Part shown: one piece after another, positions 55,201 through 63,906 of the stretch | Layout of the letters: each line of letters starts with the position of its first letter | How positions within the stretch are numbered: position 1 is the first letter of the stretch | Origin: Bacteroidales bacterium | GTDB lineage: Bacteria; Bacteroidota; Bacteroidia; Bacteroidales; JAGOPY01 | Length of the DNA stretch: 64,000 nt | Assembly (NCBI GenBank): GCA_023229505.1 | Contig: JALNZD010000001.1 | Span: 130,823 to 194,822, forward strand | Direction: 5' to 3' | Notes under the pieces: generated by a model | Told to the model about the DNA's origin: nothing | What the model saw: the letters and a program-made list of their open reading frames with translations, nothing else | The model's database searches: none | Position numbers and translations under genes: made by a program

Positions 55201-57258
55201 ATGGATGAATCCGATCAATATTATTTTAACCGCGAGATCAGCTGGCTTCATTTCAATGAACGGGTGCTGCAGGAAGCCATGGACACGGCGACACCACTTC
55301 TTGAGCAGGTTAAATTTCTTGGTATTTATTCCAACAACCGCGACGAATTTTTCCGTGTGAGAGTGGCAACGCTTAAGCGGATGATCAAACTGCAGGAAAA
55401 TGAGCCTGTACCCGATCCCAAATATAAAAATATCCTGGATCAGGTACTGGAGATTGTTTCCAGCCAGGAAAAACTGTTTACCAGGGCCTACACAAAAGTC
55501 ACGAAAGAACTGGCCAGAAATAACATTCATCTGATCGACGAAACCCAGCTTACACCCATACAGGGAGCGTTTGTCATGCAATTTTACCGCGATAAGGTCA
55601 GGCCGAATCTTTTCCCACTTATGCTCAATGGCGGCAGGAGTTCTTTTTCCCTGCAAGACGCTTCCATCTACCTCACGATCAGGTTGAGGAAATCGTTTGA
55701 TCCTGAAGCCAAGGAAATTGCCCTGATCCAGGTACCGACCGATGTGACAGGGCGCTTCATTTCATTGCCCGATGATGGAAGTAAATGTTTCATAATCCTG
55801 ATGGATGATGTCATCCGCTATTGCCTGCAAGATATATTTTCACCTTTCGGTTACGACCGGTTTGATACCTATACGATCAAATTCACCCGTGACGCTGAAC
55901 TGGAAATCGACAATGATGTTTCCAAGAGTTTCCTTGAGCTGTTGAGTGAAAGTGTCAAGAAACGAAAATTAGGAGAAGCGGTTAGATTCGTTTACGATAA
56001 TTCCATGCCGGATGACCTGCTGAAATTGCTGACCAAGAAGCTCAATATTTCGAAGAAGGATACTATGCGTGGCGGTGGAAGGTATCATAATTTTAAAGAT
56101 TTCATGGAATTTCCCAAGGTCGGGCATGACAAACTGCGGTATCCTCCGGCTCCTCCCCTTCCCCACAGGGATCTCCGTGAACATCACAGCATGTTTGAAG
56201 CGATCAGGAAAAAAGATGTCCTGCTGAATTTCCCTTACCAGTCGTTCCAGTATATCATCGACCTGTTGAGGGAAGCATCCATCGATTCGCAGGTGAGGTC
56301 TATCAAGATGGTCTTTTACCGGACTACGCGCAATTCCGCCGCGATGAATGCCCTCATTAACGCTGCCCGCAACGGGAAATACGTGACGGTTTTCATGGAA
56401 ATCCAGGCCCGTTTCGATGAAGAGGCGAATATTTACTGGACCCAACGTTTGCAGGAGGAAGGGGTCAAGGTTATCCAGACTATTCCCGGTTATAAAGTCC
56501 ATGCCAAACTGATCCTGATCCGCCGCCATGAAAATGGCTCCAACCAGCTTTATGCCAATGTCAGCACCGGGAATTACAACGAAACTACGGCAAAGGTCTT
56601 TTCCGATTTCAGCCTGCTTACCTGCGACGAACGGATATGTTGCGATGTATACAATATTTTCGAGCTGCTTGAAAGCAAGTTCATCCTGCCGACATTCGAG
56701 ACATTGATCGTATCACCCTTCCAGGTGCGGGAATTCTTCATGGGGTTGCTTGACAGGGAGATTCAAAATGCCAGTGAAGGCAAGGATGCCTGGGCCATAA
56801 TCAAACTGAACAGCATAGTCGACCGGAAAATAGCGGCCAGGCTTTATGAAGCCAGCCAGGCAGGGGTTCACATCGACCTGATCAACCGGGGGATTTGCGT
56901 GATCAAGCCGGGAGTGCCTGGCATCAGCGAAAACATCCACGCTTTTTCCATCGTTGATAAATTCCTCGAACATTCGCGGGTTTACGTTTTCTGCAATGGT
57001 GGTGATCCGCGCTATTTCACCTCTTCGGCCGACTGGATGCCCCGCAACTTCGATCATCGCATTGAAGTCGTCTGCCCCATTTTCGATAAAGATATTCAGC
57101 AGGAGTTATGGGATGTTCTTCACATTCAGATGCGCGACAATGTCAAATCACGATACCTGGGCTCTGATAACCTCAACCAGTACCGCAAGACCCAGGATAG
57201 CGTGACCCACCGGGCGCAGTTTGAGATTTACGATTACTACAAGGAGCGTGGATTTTAG
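55201..57258 (+). CDS. ppk1: Polyphosphate kinase 1
   Basis: The likely start is MDESDQYYFNREISWLHFNERVLQEA. It has the two PLD-like HKD-type C-terminal domains (GYKVHAKLILI..., VDKFLEHSRVYVF). Confidence 0.92.
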   Translation: MDESDQYYFNREISWLHFNERVLQEAMDTATPLLEQVKFLGIYSNNRDEFFRVRVATLKRMIKLQENEPVPDPKYKNILDQVLEIVSSQEKLFTRAYTKVTKELARNNIHLIDETQLTPIQGAFVMQFYRDKVRPNLFPLMLNGGRSSFSLQDASIYLTIRLRKSFDPEAKEIALIQVPTDVTGRFISLPDDGSKCFIILMDDVIRYCLQDIFSPFGYDRFDTYTIKFTRDAELEIDNDVSKSFLELLSESVKKRKLGEAVRFVYDNSMPDDLLKLLTKKLNISKKDTMRGGGRYHNFKDFMEFPKVGHDKLRYPPAPPLPHRDLREHHSMFEAIRKKDVLLNFPYQSFQYIIDLLREASIDSQVRSIKMVFYRTTRNSAAMNALINAARNGKYVTVFMEIQARFDEEANIYWTQRLQEEGVKVIQTIPGYKVHAKLILIRRHENGSNQLYANVSTGNYNETTAKVFSDFSLLTCDERICCDVYNIFELLESKFILPTFETLIVSPFQVREFFMGLLDREIQNASEGKDAWAIIKLNSIVDRKIAARLYEASQAGVHIDLINRGICVIKPGVPGISENIHAFSIVDKFLEHSRVYVFCNGGDPRYFTSSADWMPRNFDHRIEVVCPIFDKDIQQELWDVLHIQMRDNVKSRYLGSDNLNQYRKTQDSVTHRAQFEIYDYYKERGF

Positions 57259-57343
57259 GGCTTAGGGCCTATCTAAGGAGAATTTAAATGCCCCAGGCTT
57301 TGGGATTATATTCCTACTTTTACACATCAAATTTCAAAGATTC

Positions 57344-58516
57344 ATGATCAGTTACGAAGAGGCGTTACAAATCGTATTAATTCATACGTACCCAACTGGA
57401 AATGAAACAGTTTCATTACAGGAATTAACCGGAAGGGTGCTTGCTGAAGATGTGTTTTCGGACATAAATATGCCTCCTTTTAACCGCTCGGCCGTGGACG
57501 GTTATGCTTGCCGGAAAACTGACATCCGCCAGCCGCTTGAAGTAGTTGAAACGGTAAGGGCCGGAGTGTTTCCCACGAAAAAGATCCACTCCGGGCAATG
57601 CACGCGCATCATGACAGGCGCCCCAGTCCCAAAAGGAGCAGATTGCGTGTTTATGGAGGAGGAAAGTGCTGAAATTACACCAGACAAAGTCAGATTTACC
57701 GGGGAAAAGACCAAGATCAACATTTCACCCTTCGCGGAAGATATCAGGGAAGGCGAACGCGTCCTTGCATCCGGAACCCTCATAAGCCCCCAGCACATCG
57801 CCATTATGGCAGCCGTGGGATATGTAAATCCAAAAGTTGCCATCAGGCCAAAAGTGGCAGTGATCGCAACAGGCGACGAGATCGTGGAACCCCATCTGAA
57901 ACCGGGAATCTCCCAGATCAGGAACAGCAATGGTTACCAATTGACGGCACAAGCCGGTAAAGCAGGGGCTATCCCGGCTTACCTGGGCATTGCATCCGAT
58001 AGTGAAGAGGACACTTTCCGGATGATAACTGAAGCTTTAGCGCAGTCTGACGTTGTCCTGATCACCGGTGGTGTTTCCATGGGAACCTTTGATTTTGTTC
58101 CGGAAATCTTCGAAAAAGCAGGGATTGATATCCTTTTCAGTACCATCGCCCTTCAACCCGGGAAACCGACCATTTTCGGGACAATAGGCGATAAGAGGGT
58201 CTTCGGCCTCCCGGGAAACCCTGTTTCCTGCTTTACAATCTTTGAAATCCTGGTCAAACCAATGCTTTGGAAGATGATGGGCGTGCGGGAACCTGTCCGG
58301 AGTCTTCGCCTCCCCCTGGGCCTGGATTATCAACGCAAAAGGTCTGACCGGATGCAATGGCTCCCGGTGCAAATCCGGGATGGCCGGGTATATCCTCTTG
58401 AATACCACGGTTCAGCCCATATTTTTGCCCTGGCCACTGCACACGCCATTGCTGCCATCCCCCTCGGTATCACGAAACTGTCTGTAGGAGACCTGATCGA
58501 TGTACGACCGGTTTGA
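57344..58516 (+). CDS. moeA: Molybdopterin molybdenumtransferase MoeA
   Basis: MISYEEALQIVL, PPFNRSAVDGYA, ITGGVSMGTFDF and LPGNPVS. Confidence 0.9.
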   Translation: MISYEEALQIVLIHTYPTGNETVSLQELTGRVLAEDVFSDINMPPFNRSAVDGYACRKTDIRQPLEVVETVRAGVFPTKKIHSGQCTRIMTGAPVPKGADCVFMEEESAEITPDKVRFTGEKTKINISPFAEDIREGERVLASGTLISPQHIAIMAAVGYVNPKVAIRPKVAVIATGDEIVEPHLKPGISQIRNSNGYQLTAQAGKAGAIPAYLGIASDSEEDTFRMITEALAQSDVVLITGGVSMGTFDFVPEIFEKAGIDILFSTIALQPGKPTIFGTIGDKRVFGLPGNPVSCFTIFEILVKPMLWKMMGVREPVRSLRLPLGLDYQRKRSDRMQWLPVQIRDGRVYPLEYHGSAHIFALATAHAIAAIPLGITKLSVGDLIDVRPV

Positions 58517-59300
58517 CCGCTATATAGACTACCTGCGGATCTCGGTGACCGACCGTTGCAACCTGCGATGCATGTATTGCATGCCGGCAGAAGGGATACA
58601 GTTGCTGAAACATGAGGACATTCTCAGTTTTGATGAAATAACTGAAGTTGCCCGTATCGCTGTGGAAATGGGTGTCCGGAAAATCCGGCTGACGGGCGGT
58701 GAGCCATTGGTGCGCCGTGGCATCACCGACCTGGTGAAGATGATCGCCGGGATCGAAGGGATTGAGGACCTTTCGATGACAACCAACGGGATCTTACTGG
58801 ATAAATTTGCCATCCCTCTCAAAGAAGCCGGTCTGCACCGGATCAACGTCAGTCTCGATACGCTCGACCCGGTCAGATATCAGCATATCACCCGTGGCGG
58901 ATCATTGGAAAATGTGCTTGAAGGATTAAGGAAAGCAAGTGAAGCAGACCTTACCCCGATCAAGATCAATTGCGTAGTCGGGGAACTGACAGATGAAGAA
59001 GATGCCATTCAGATGAAACGATTTGCGGAAGAAAATAATTACCAGGTGAGGTTCATTCGTCAAATGGACCTGGCAGTAGGAGAATTCTATGTTGTTGAAG
59101 GAGGAGATGGGGGCAACTGCCGCTTATGCAACCGGCTGCGCCTGACTTCCAACGGGATGGTCAAACCCTGTCTTTTCAATGCAACGGGATTCAATGTCAG
59201 GGAACTTGGTGCAAGGGAAGCGATTCTTAAGGCCGTGGACAACAAACCCAGGTGCGGAACGTTTAACCGGGAAGAGGAGTTTTACAGGATCGGGGGATGA
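58500..59300 (+). CDS. moaA: GTP 3',8-cyclase MoaA (compact 266-aa form)
   Basis: LRISVTDRCNLRCMYCMP (CX3CX2C), a second cluster CRLCNRLRLTSNGMVKPC, and a C-terminal GG. It overlaps moeA by 17 nt. Confidence 0.88.
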   Translation: MYDRFDRYIDYLRISVTDRCNLRCMYCMPAEGIQLLKHEDILSFDEITEVARIAVEMGVRKIRLTGGEPLVRRGITDLVKMIAGIEGIEDLSMTTNGILLDKFAIPLKEAGLHRINVSLDTLDPVRYQHITRGGSLENVLEGLRKASEADLTPIKINCVVGELTDEEDAIQMKRFAEENNYQVRFIRQMDLAVGEFYVVEGGDGGNCRLCNRLRLTSNGMVKPCLFNATGFNVRELGAREAILKAVDNKPRCGTFNREEEFYRIGG

Positions 59301-59303
59301 GAA

Positions 59304-59373
59304 CAGTTCTCAGTTCCCAGTTCCCTGTCAACAGTCTGAAATTTGAAATTTGAAACTTGAAACCAGAAACTTA
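59304..59373. repeat. Period-7 array (10 units) filling the moaA-moaC spacer
   Basis: CAGTTCT CAGTTCC CAGTTCC CTGTCAA CAGTCTG AAATTTG AAATTTG AAACTTG AAACCAG AAACTTA. Confidence 0.9.
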
Positions 59374-59375
59374 AG

Positions 59376-59828
59376 ATGAACGAACTATCCCATGTTGATG
59401 AAGGTGGCAAAGCGCGAATGGTCGATGTCAGCCACAAAAAAGATCAGCTCAGGATTGCAAAAGCCTCAGGTCATATCCGGATGGACCCCGGAACGATCAG
59501 GCTCATCAGGGAAAACCAGGTCAAGAAAGGGGATGTGCTCACTGTTGCCCAGATTGCAGGGATACAGGCAGGGAAGAAGACCAGCGAACTGATTCCGCTC
59601 TGCCATCCGCTTCCCATCACAAAAATTGAGGTTCTGACCGATCTGCAGGAGAATGGGGTGACGGTCACGGCCGAAGCCCGCTGCGTTGGCCAGACCGGCG
59701 TGGAAATGGAAGCGCTCACCGCGGTTTCAGTAGCTTTGCTGACCATTTATGACATGTGTAAAGCGGTGGATAAAGGGATGGTGATAAGTGAAGTCAAGCT
59801 GATGGAAAAGAGCAAGACAGACATTTAG
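59376..59828 (+). CDS. moaC: Cyclic pyranopterin monophosphate synthase MoaC
   Basis: MVDVSHK, IPLCHPL, TGVEMEALTAVSVALLTIYDMCKA. Confidence 0.92.
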   Translation: MNELSHVDEGGKARMVDVSHKKDQLRIAKASGHIRMDPGTIRLIRENQVKKGDVLTVAQIAGIQAGKKTSELIPLCHPLPITKIEVLTDLQENGVTVTAEARCVGQTGVEMEALTAVSVALLTIYDMCKAVDKGMVISEVKLMEKSKTDI

Positions 59829-59830
59829 GA

Positions 59831-59865
59831 AATTGAAAGTTGAAAGTTGAAAATTGAAAATTCAA
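59831..59865. repeat. Period-7 array (5 units) downstream of moaC
   Basis: AATTGAA AGTTGAA AGTTGAA AATTGAA AATTCAA. Confidence 0.85.
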
Positions 59866-59880
59866 AAGCCACCCTTACCG

Positions 59881-61857
59881 ATGCGCTGGATGCTCCTTCT
59901 TCTCCTCTTCTCCTCTTCCCTGAGCCTATTTTCCCAGGTAAACACAGAGTATTTCATGACCGTGGGGCGGAATGAGCTGTCCAAGGGCAATTACGCGGAT
60001 GCAATCAATAAATTCAATACCGTCGTCCGTTTTGATAAAGATAATTTTGAAGCCTATTTTCTGAGGGGAATTGCTAAATACAACCTCGGCGATTTCATAG
60101 GTGCGGAAAATGATTTCTCTCGTACCCTCGAACTGCATCCCCTGTTTGTCGTCGCCTGGCATTACAGGGGATTGGTCAGGGATAACCTGCAGGATTATTA
60201 TAAAGCATTGCAGGACCTCGACCGGGCCATTTCACTTGAGCCTTATGATCCTGACCTGCTCATCAGCCGGGGGACAGTTAAGATTCACATGGGCAGTTAC
60301 TTATGGTCGCTCATTGACCTGGATTCGGCCATAAGGATCGACCCTAAAAAACCGCTGGCATATATGAACCGTGCAGTGGCAAGGACTTCCCTTAAAGATT
60401 ACGATGGCGCACTCAAGGACTGTAACAAGGCCATACAACTGGATCCTTACGATGACGGAGCTTATCTCCGACGCGGGGTAATCCGGTATGATACAAAAGA
60501 TTTTACCGGTGCGGTTGAAGATTTTCAATACGCCATCAAACTTAATCCTGATAATCCCTATACCTGGTTTAACCGGGCCATGTCCCGTTATCACAGCAGC
60601 GATACACTCGGCGCAATGGAGGATTATTCACGGGTCATTGAACTGGATCCTTACAATGCATTGTCGTTTTATAACAGAGCCCTTCTAAAATCCCAGCTTA
60701 ACGACCTGTATGGTGCCCTCGATGATTATAACAAAGTTTTATTGCTGAATCCGGATAACATCTACACTTACTATAACAGGGCTATAATTTTTCACATGTT
60801 GGAGGATTACCGGGCGGCGATTGCTGACTATACCAGGTCCATCGAACTTTTTCCGGATTTCGCCGGCGCTTACCTGAACAGGTCGGAAGCTAAGAAGTCG
60901 CTCAAAGATGAAAAGGGCGCCTATAAAGATTACCAGAAAGCCATTGAAATCATTGATGCAGTGAAGACATACGGATATGACAGCCTGACCGTCAAGCAAT
61001 TTGCCGATTCGGCCTATTTTAACAAGATCATGGAATTTGAGGCAGATTTTGTGGCTGTGAAACTGGATAATGTTACTCCGGATAAGTCTGTCGACCTCGA
61101 GCTGGCTTTCATGGTGCAATTTGCGCTGGAAGACCAGATGATCTTCGACCAAAGCCGGACAGGTTACGCTTTCCATGAACTTAAAGAATTGAATGAAAAA
61201 AATACCGGCGGAGTACAGTTTGTTATTTCCAATGACCATGTTGAACTGGGCCTGGAACAGGCATACCAGCGGTTGATACTTACCGACAGCATGCTGAGCC
61301 ACGATCCTTCTTCCGCGCAGGCATACTTCTTAAAAGGGGTCATTAACAGCATGGTTCAGAATTACAATACAGCCCTGCAGGACTATGAAAAGTCGCTCCA
61401 GCTGGACACGGAACAGCCGCTTGCCTATTTAAACCGTGGTTATGTTTTGTTCGAAATGGCGGAAAGGGAATTTGTGGGGAACAAATTCTCCGGTCCGGTT
61501 ACCATTACCTGGGAAGGGGCCGAAAAGGAAACGCAGAAAGATGTCCCTCTTTCACCCGACTACCAGCTGGCTATGCTGGATTATGACAAAGTAGTTAAAA
61601 TGCAACCTGAAAATGCTTTCGGATATTTTAACCGGGCTAATGTGAAGGTCCGGTTGAAGGATTATTCCGGTGCCATCCAGGATTTCAGCAGGGCTATTGA
61701 AAGGGAGCCAGGGCTTGCTGAAGCTTACTTTAACCGGGCGCTGACCCTCATTTTCCTGAATGATACCCGTTCGGCCTGCCGGGACCTCAGCCAGGCCGGG
61801 GAACTGGGCCTGGAGCAGGCCTACAGGGTCATCAAACAGTATTGTAATACACCATAA
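59881..61857 (+). CDS. Secreted multi-TPR protein
   Basis: The likely start is MRWMLLLLLFSSSLSLFSQ (ATG at 59881). The track's TTG start lies inside the heptamer array. There are more than 12 TPR units (AxxDxxxAIxLxPxxxxAYxNRG). Confidence 0.75.
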   Translation: MRWMLLLLLFSSSLSLFSQVNTEYFMTVGRNELSKGNYADAINKFNTVVRFDKDNFEAYFLRGIAKYNLGDFIGAENDFSRTLELHPLFVVAWHYRGLVRDNLQDYYKALQDLDRAISLEPYDPDLLISRGTVKIHMGSYLWSLIDLDSAIRIDPKKPLAYMNRAVARTSLKDYDGALKDCNKAIQLDPYDDGAYLRRGVIRYDTKDFTGAVEDFQYAIKLNPDNPYTWFNRAMSRYHSSDTLGAMEDYSRVIELDPYNALSFYNRALLKSQLNDLYGALDDYNKVLLLNPDNIYTYYNRAIIFHMLEDYRAAIADYTRSIELFPDFAGAYLNRSEAKKSLKDEKGAYKDYQKAIEIIDAVKTYGYDSLTVKQFADSAYFNKIMEFEADFVAVKLDNVTPDKSVDLELAFMVQFALEDQMIFDQSRTGYAFHELKELNEKNTGGVQFVISNDHVELGLEQAYQRLILTDSMLSHDPSSAQAYFLKGVINSMVQNYNTALQDYEKSLQLDTEQPLAYLNRGYVLFEMAEREFVGNKFSGPVTITWEGAEKETQKDVPLSPDYQLAMLDYDKVVKMQPENAFGYFNRANVKVRLKDYSGAIQDFSRAIEREPGLAEAYFNRALTLIFLNDTRSACRDLSQAGELGLEQAYRVIKQYCNTP

Positions 61858-61869
61858 TGCTTTGATATT

Positions 61870-62805
61870 ATGTCAAAAGAAATTAAAGTCTTATCCGTCA
61901 ATATCTCCGAAAAAAAAGGGACCATCAAACAACCGGTTGATTTCATCGAACTGGACGAACTGGGCGTAAAACAGGATGCCCATGCCGGCAATTGGCACCG
62001 GCAGGTCAGCCTGCTGGCCAAAGAGAGTGTCGATAAATTCTCTTCCGCTGCCGGCAGGGAAATCCGCTTTGGTGAATTCGCTGAAAATATCACGACAGAC
62101 GGCATCATCCTCTATGAAACACATCCGTTCGACAGGTTCATTATCGGTGAAGCAGAGCTTGAAGTGACGCAGATCGGCAAGGAATGCCATGGTGATAATT
62201 GTGCTATCTACCGTGAAGTTGGCAATTGTATCATGCCAAAAGAAGGGATTTTCTGCCGGGTACTCCGGCCGGGGAAAGTTAAAGCGGGTGATACGATCAC
62301 CTTCACCCCGAGGATTTACAGGCTAATGGTAATCACGCTAAGTGACCGGGCCAGCCAGGGAATTTATGAAGATAAAAGCGGCCCCCGGGTTATAGCCCTC
62401 ATGGAAGATTTTTTCAAAAAACTCAATTGGCAAAGCCAAATCAAACATCATATTATTCCCGACGATGATAAAAGTCTGCAAAACCTTCTGAAAGATGCTA
62501 TTGCCGGTCAGTTTGATTTTGTTATCACTACCGGTGGAACCGGTATCGGGCCAAGAGATATCACCCCGGAGGTGGTGCGATCAGTAATAGAAAAAGAAAT
62601 TCCGGGAATCATGGAGATGATCAGGATGAAGTACGGCCAGGAGAAACCCAATGCGCTGCTAAGCCGCAGCATGGCCGGAGTTGCCGGGAAGACTATCATC
62701 TATGTTTTGCCGGGCAGTGTAAAAGCCGTGAACGAATACATGGCAGAGATAACCAAGACGATAAAGCATACACTGTATATGCTGCATGGACTGGATGCGC
62801 ATTGA
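61870..62805 (+). CDS. MOSC domain fused to MogA/MoaB-type molybdopterin adenylyltransferase
   Basis: The N-terminal ~150 aa are MOSC-like (GVKQDAHAGNWHRQVSLL...EVTQIGKECH). The C-terminal half has MogA motifs (ITLSDRAS, ITTGGTGIGPRDITPE, LPGSVKA). Confidence 0.8.
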   Translation: MSKEIKVLSVNISEKKGTIKQPVDFIELDELGVKQDAHAGNWHRQVSLLAKESVDKFSSAAGREIRFGEFAENITTDGIILYETHPFDRFIIGEAELEVTQIGKECHGDNCAIYREVGNCIMPKEGIFCRVLRPGKVKAGDTITFTPRIYRLMVITLSDRASQGIYEDKSGPRVIALMEDFFKKLNWQSQIKHHIIPDDDKSLQNLLKDAIAGQFDFVITTGGTGIGPRDITPEVVRSVIEKEIPGIMEMIRMKYGQEKPNALLSRSMAGVAGKTIIYVLPGSVKAVNEYMAEITKTIKHTLYMLHGLDAH

Positions 62806-62917
62806 TTCCAGGTTCCAACCTCAATTTCACATCAACTAAAGGGGAGTTCTATAAATTAAATCATTGTTATTCAAATAATTATGTGTATATTTGCCAATAA
62901 TTTAATACGAAAACACG

Positions 62918-63864
62918 ATGTCATCACAAGTGTATAAAACAAAGGGCGAAAAAGGATTATTTGACGAGCAATATACCATTGAACGTTTGTCGGCAATTGG
63001 CAATCCTTTAGAGAAGATAAGCAATGTTATTGATTTTGAGGCTTTTCGCAGCACATTAGAATCAAAACTGTTAAATACAGAAAAGAAAAACAATGCAGGA
63101 GCAAAACCATTTGATGTAGTGATGATGTTTAAAATCTTGATATTACAACGCTATTATGGACTTGGAGATACACAGGTTGAATATCAGATAAACGATAGAT
63201 TAAGTTTTAAAAAGTTTTTGGGATTGCAGTCTGGCGATAAAGTTCCTGATGAAAAAACCGTTTGGGCATTTAGAGAAAACCTAACAAATAGTGGAGTTGT
63301 AGAATTATTGTTCAGTCAGTTTATACAATATTTAGATGATAAAAACCTGATATTCAATATAAAAAAAGGCACAAAGATATTGATGCCCGATGGACAAAGA
63401 AAAATGGCGAGAAATATTACGGGCATAAAAATCATGCAAAAGCAGATTCCAAAAGCAAATTCATCAACACGTATGTAGTTACAGATGCTTCGGTGCATGA
63501 CTCACAGGCTTTAGATGGTTTGCTGGAAAAAAGCGACAAAGGGCAACCATTATATGCAGACAGTGCTTATACTGGCGAAAAGCAGAAGAAAGCAATTAAA
63601 AAGCATAAACTTAAAAATAAAGCTCACGAAAAAGGATATAGAGGCAAACCATTGACTGATAAGCAAAAAGCGAAAAACAAGATAAAATTTAAAACAAGAG
63701 CAAGAGTAGAACACGTATTCGGCTTTATGGAGCAGAGCATGAACGGATTGGTTGTGAAATCTGTAGGAATAGTAAGAGCAACTGGTATAATCGGGCTGAT
63801 AAATCTCACATACAATCTCTTTAGATTTGAACAAGTCCAAAGACTGAATTTATGTAAGGTGTAA
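62918..63864 (+). mobile_element. IS5-family DDE transposase, disrupted (two frames; likely internal deletion)
   Basis: ORF1 (62918-63478) carries the N-terminal helix-rich domain. The -1 frame, open from 63343, reads YKKRHKDIDARWTKKNGEKYYGHKNHAKADSKSKFINTYVVTDASVHDSQ...YADSAYTG...RARVEHVFG. The segment that normally holds the first catalytic Asp appears to be missing. Confidence 0.75.
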
Positions 63865-63870
63865 TATCCT

Positions 63871-63906
63871 GTTAGTTAGTTAGTTAGTTAGTTAATTAGT
63901 TAGTTG
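63871..63906. repeat. (GTTA)n / (TTAG)n microsatellite-like array
   Basis: GTTAGTTAGTTAGTTAGTTAGTTAATTAGTTAGTTG, starting 6 nt after the transposase stop. Confidence 0.85.

Noticed and set aside
57259-57343. Moco riboswitch upstream of moeA.
   Set aside because: The spacer is only 85 nt, shorter than the ~130-nt motif, and I could not recognise the conserved Moco-RNA helices by eye. A covariance-model scan would settle it.
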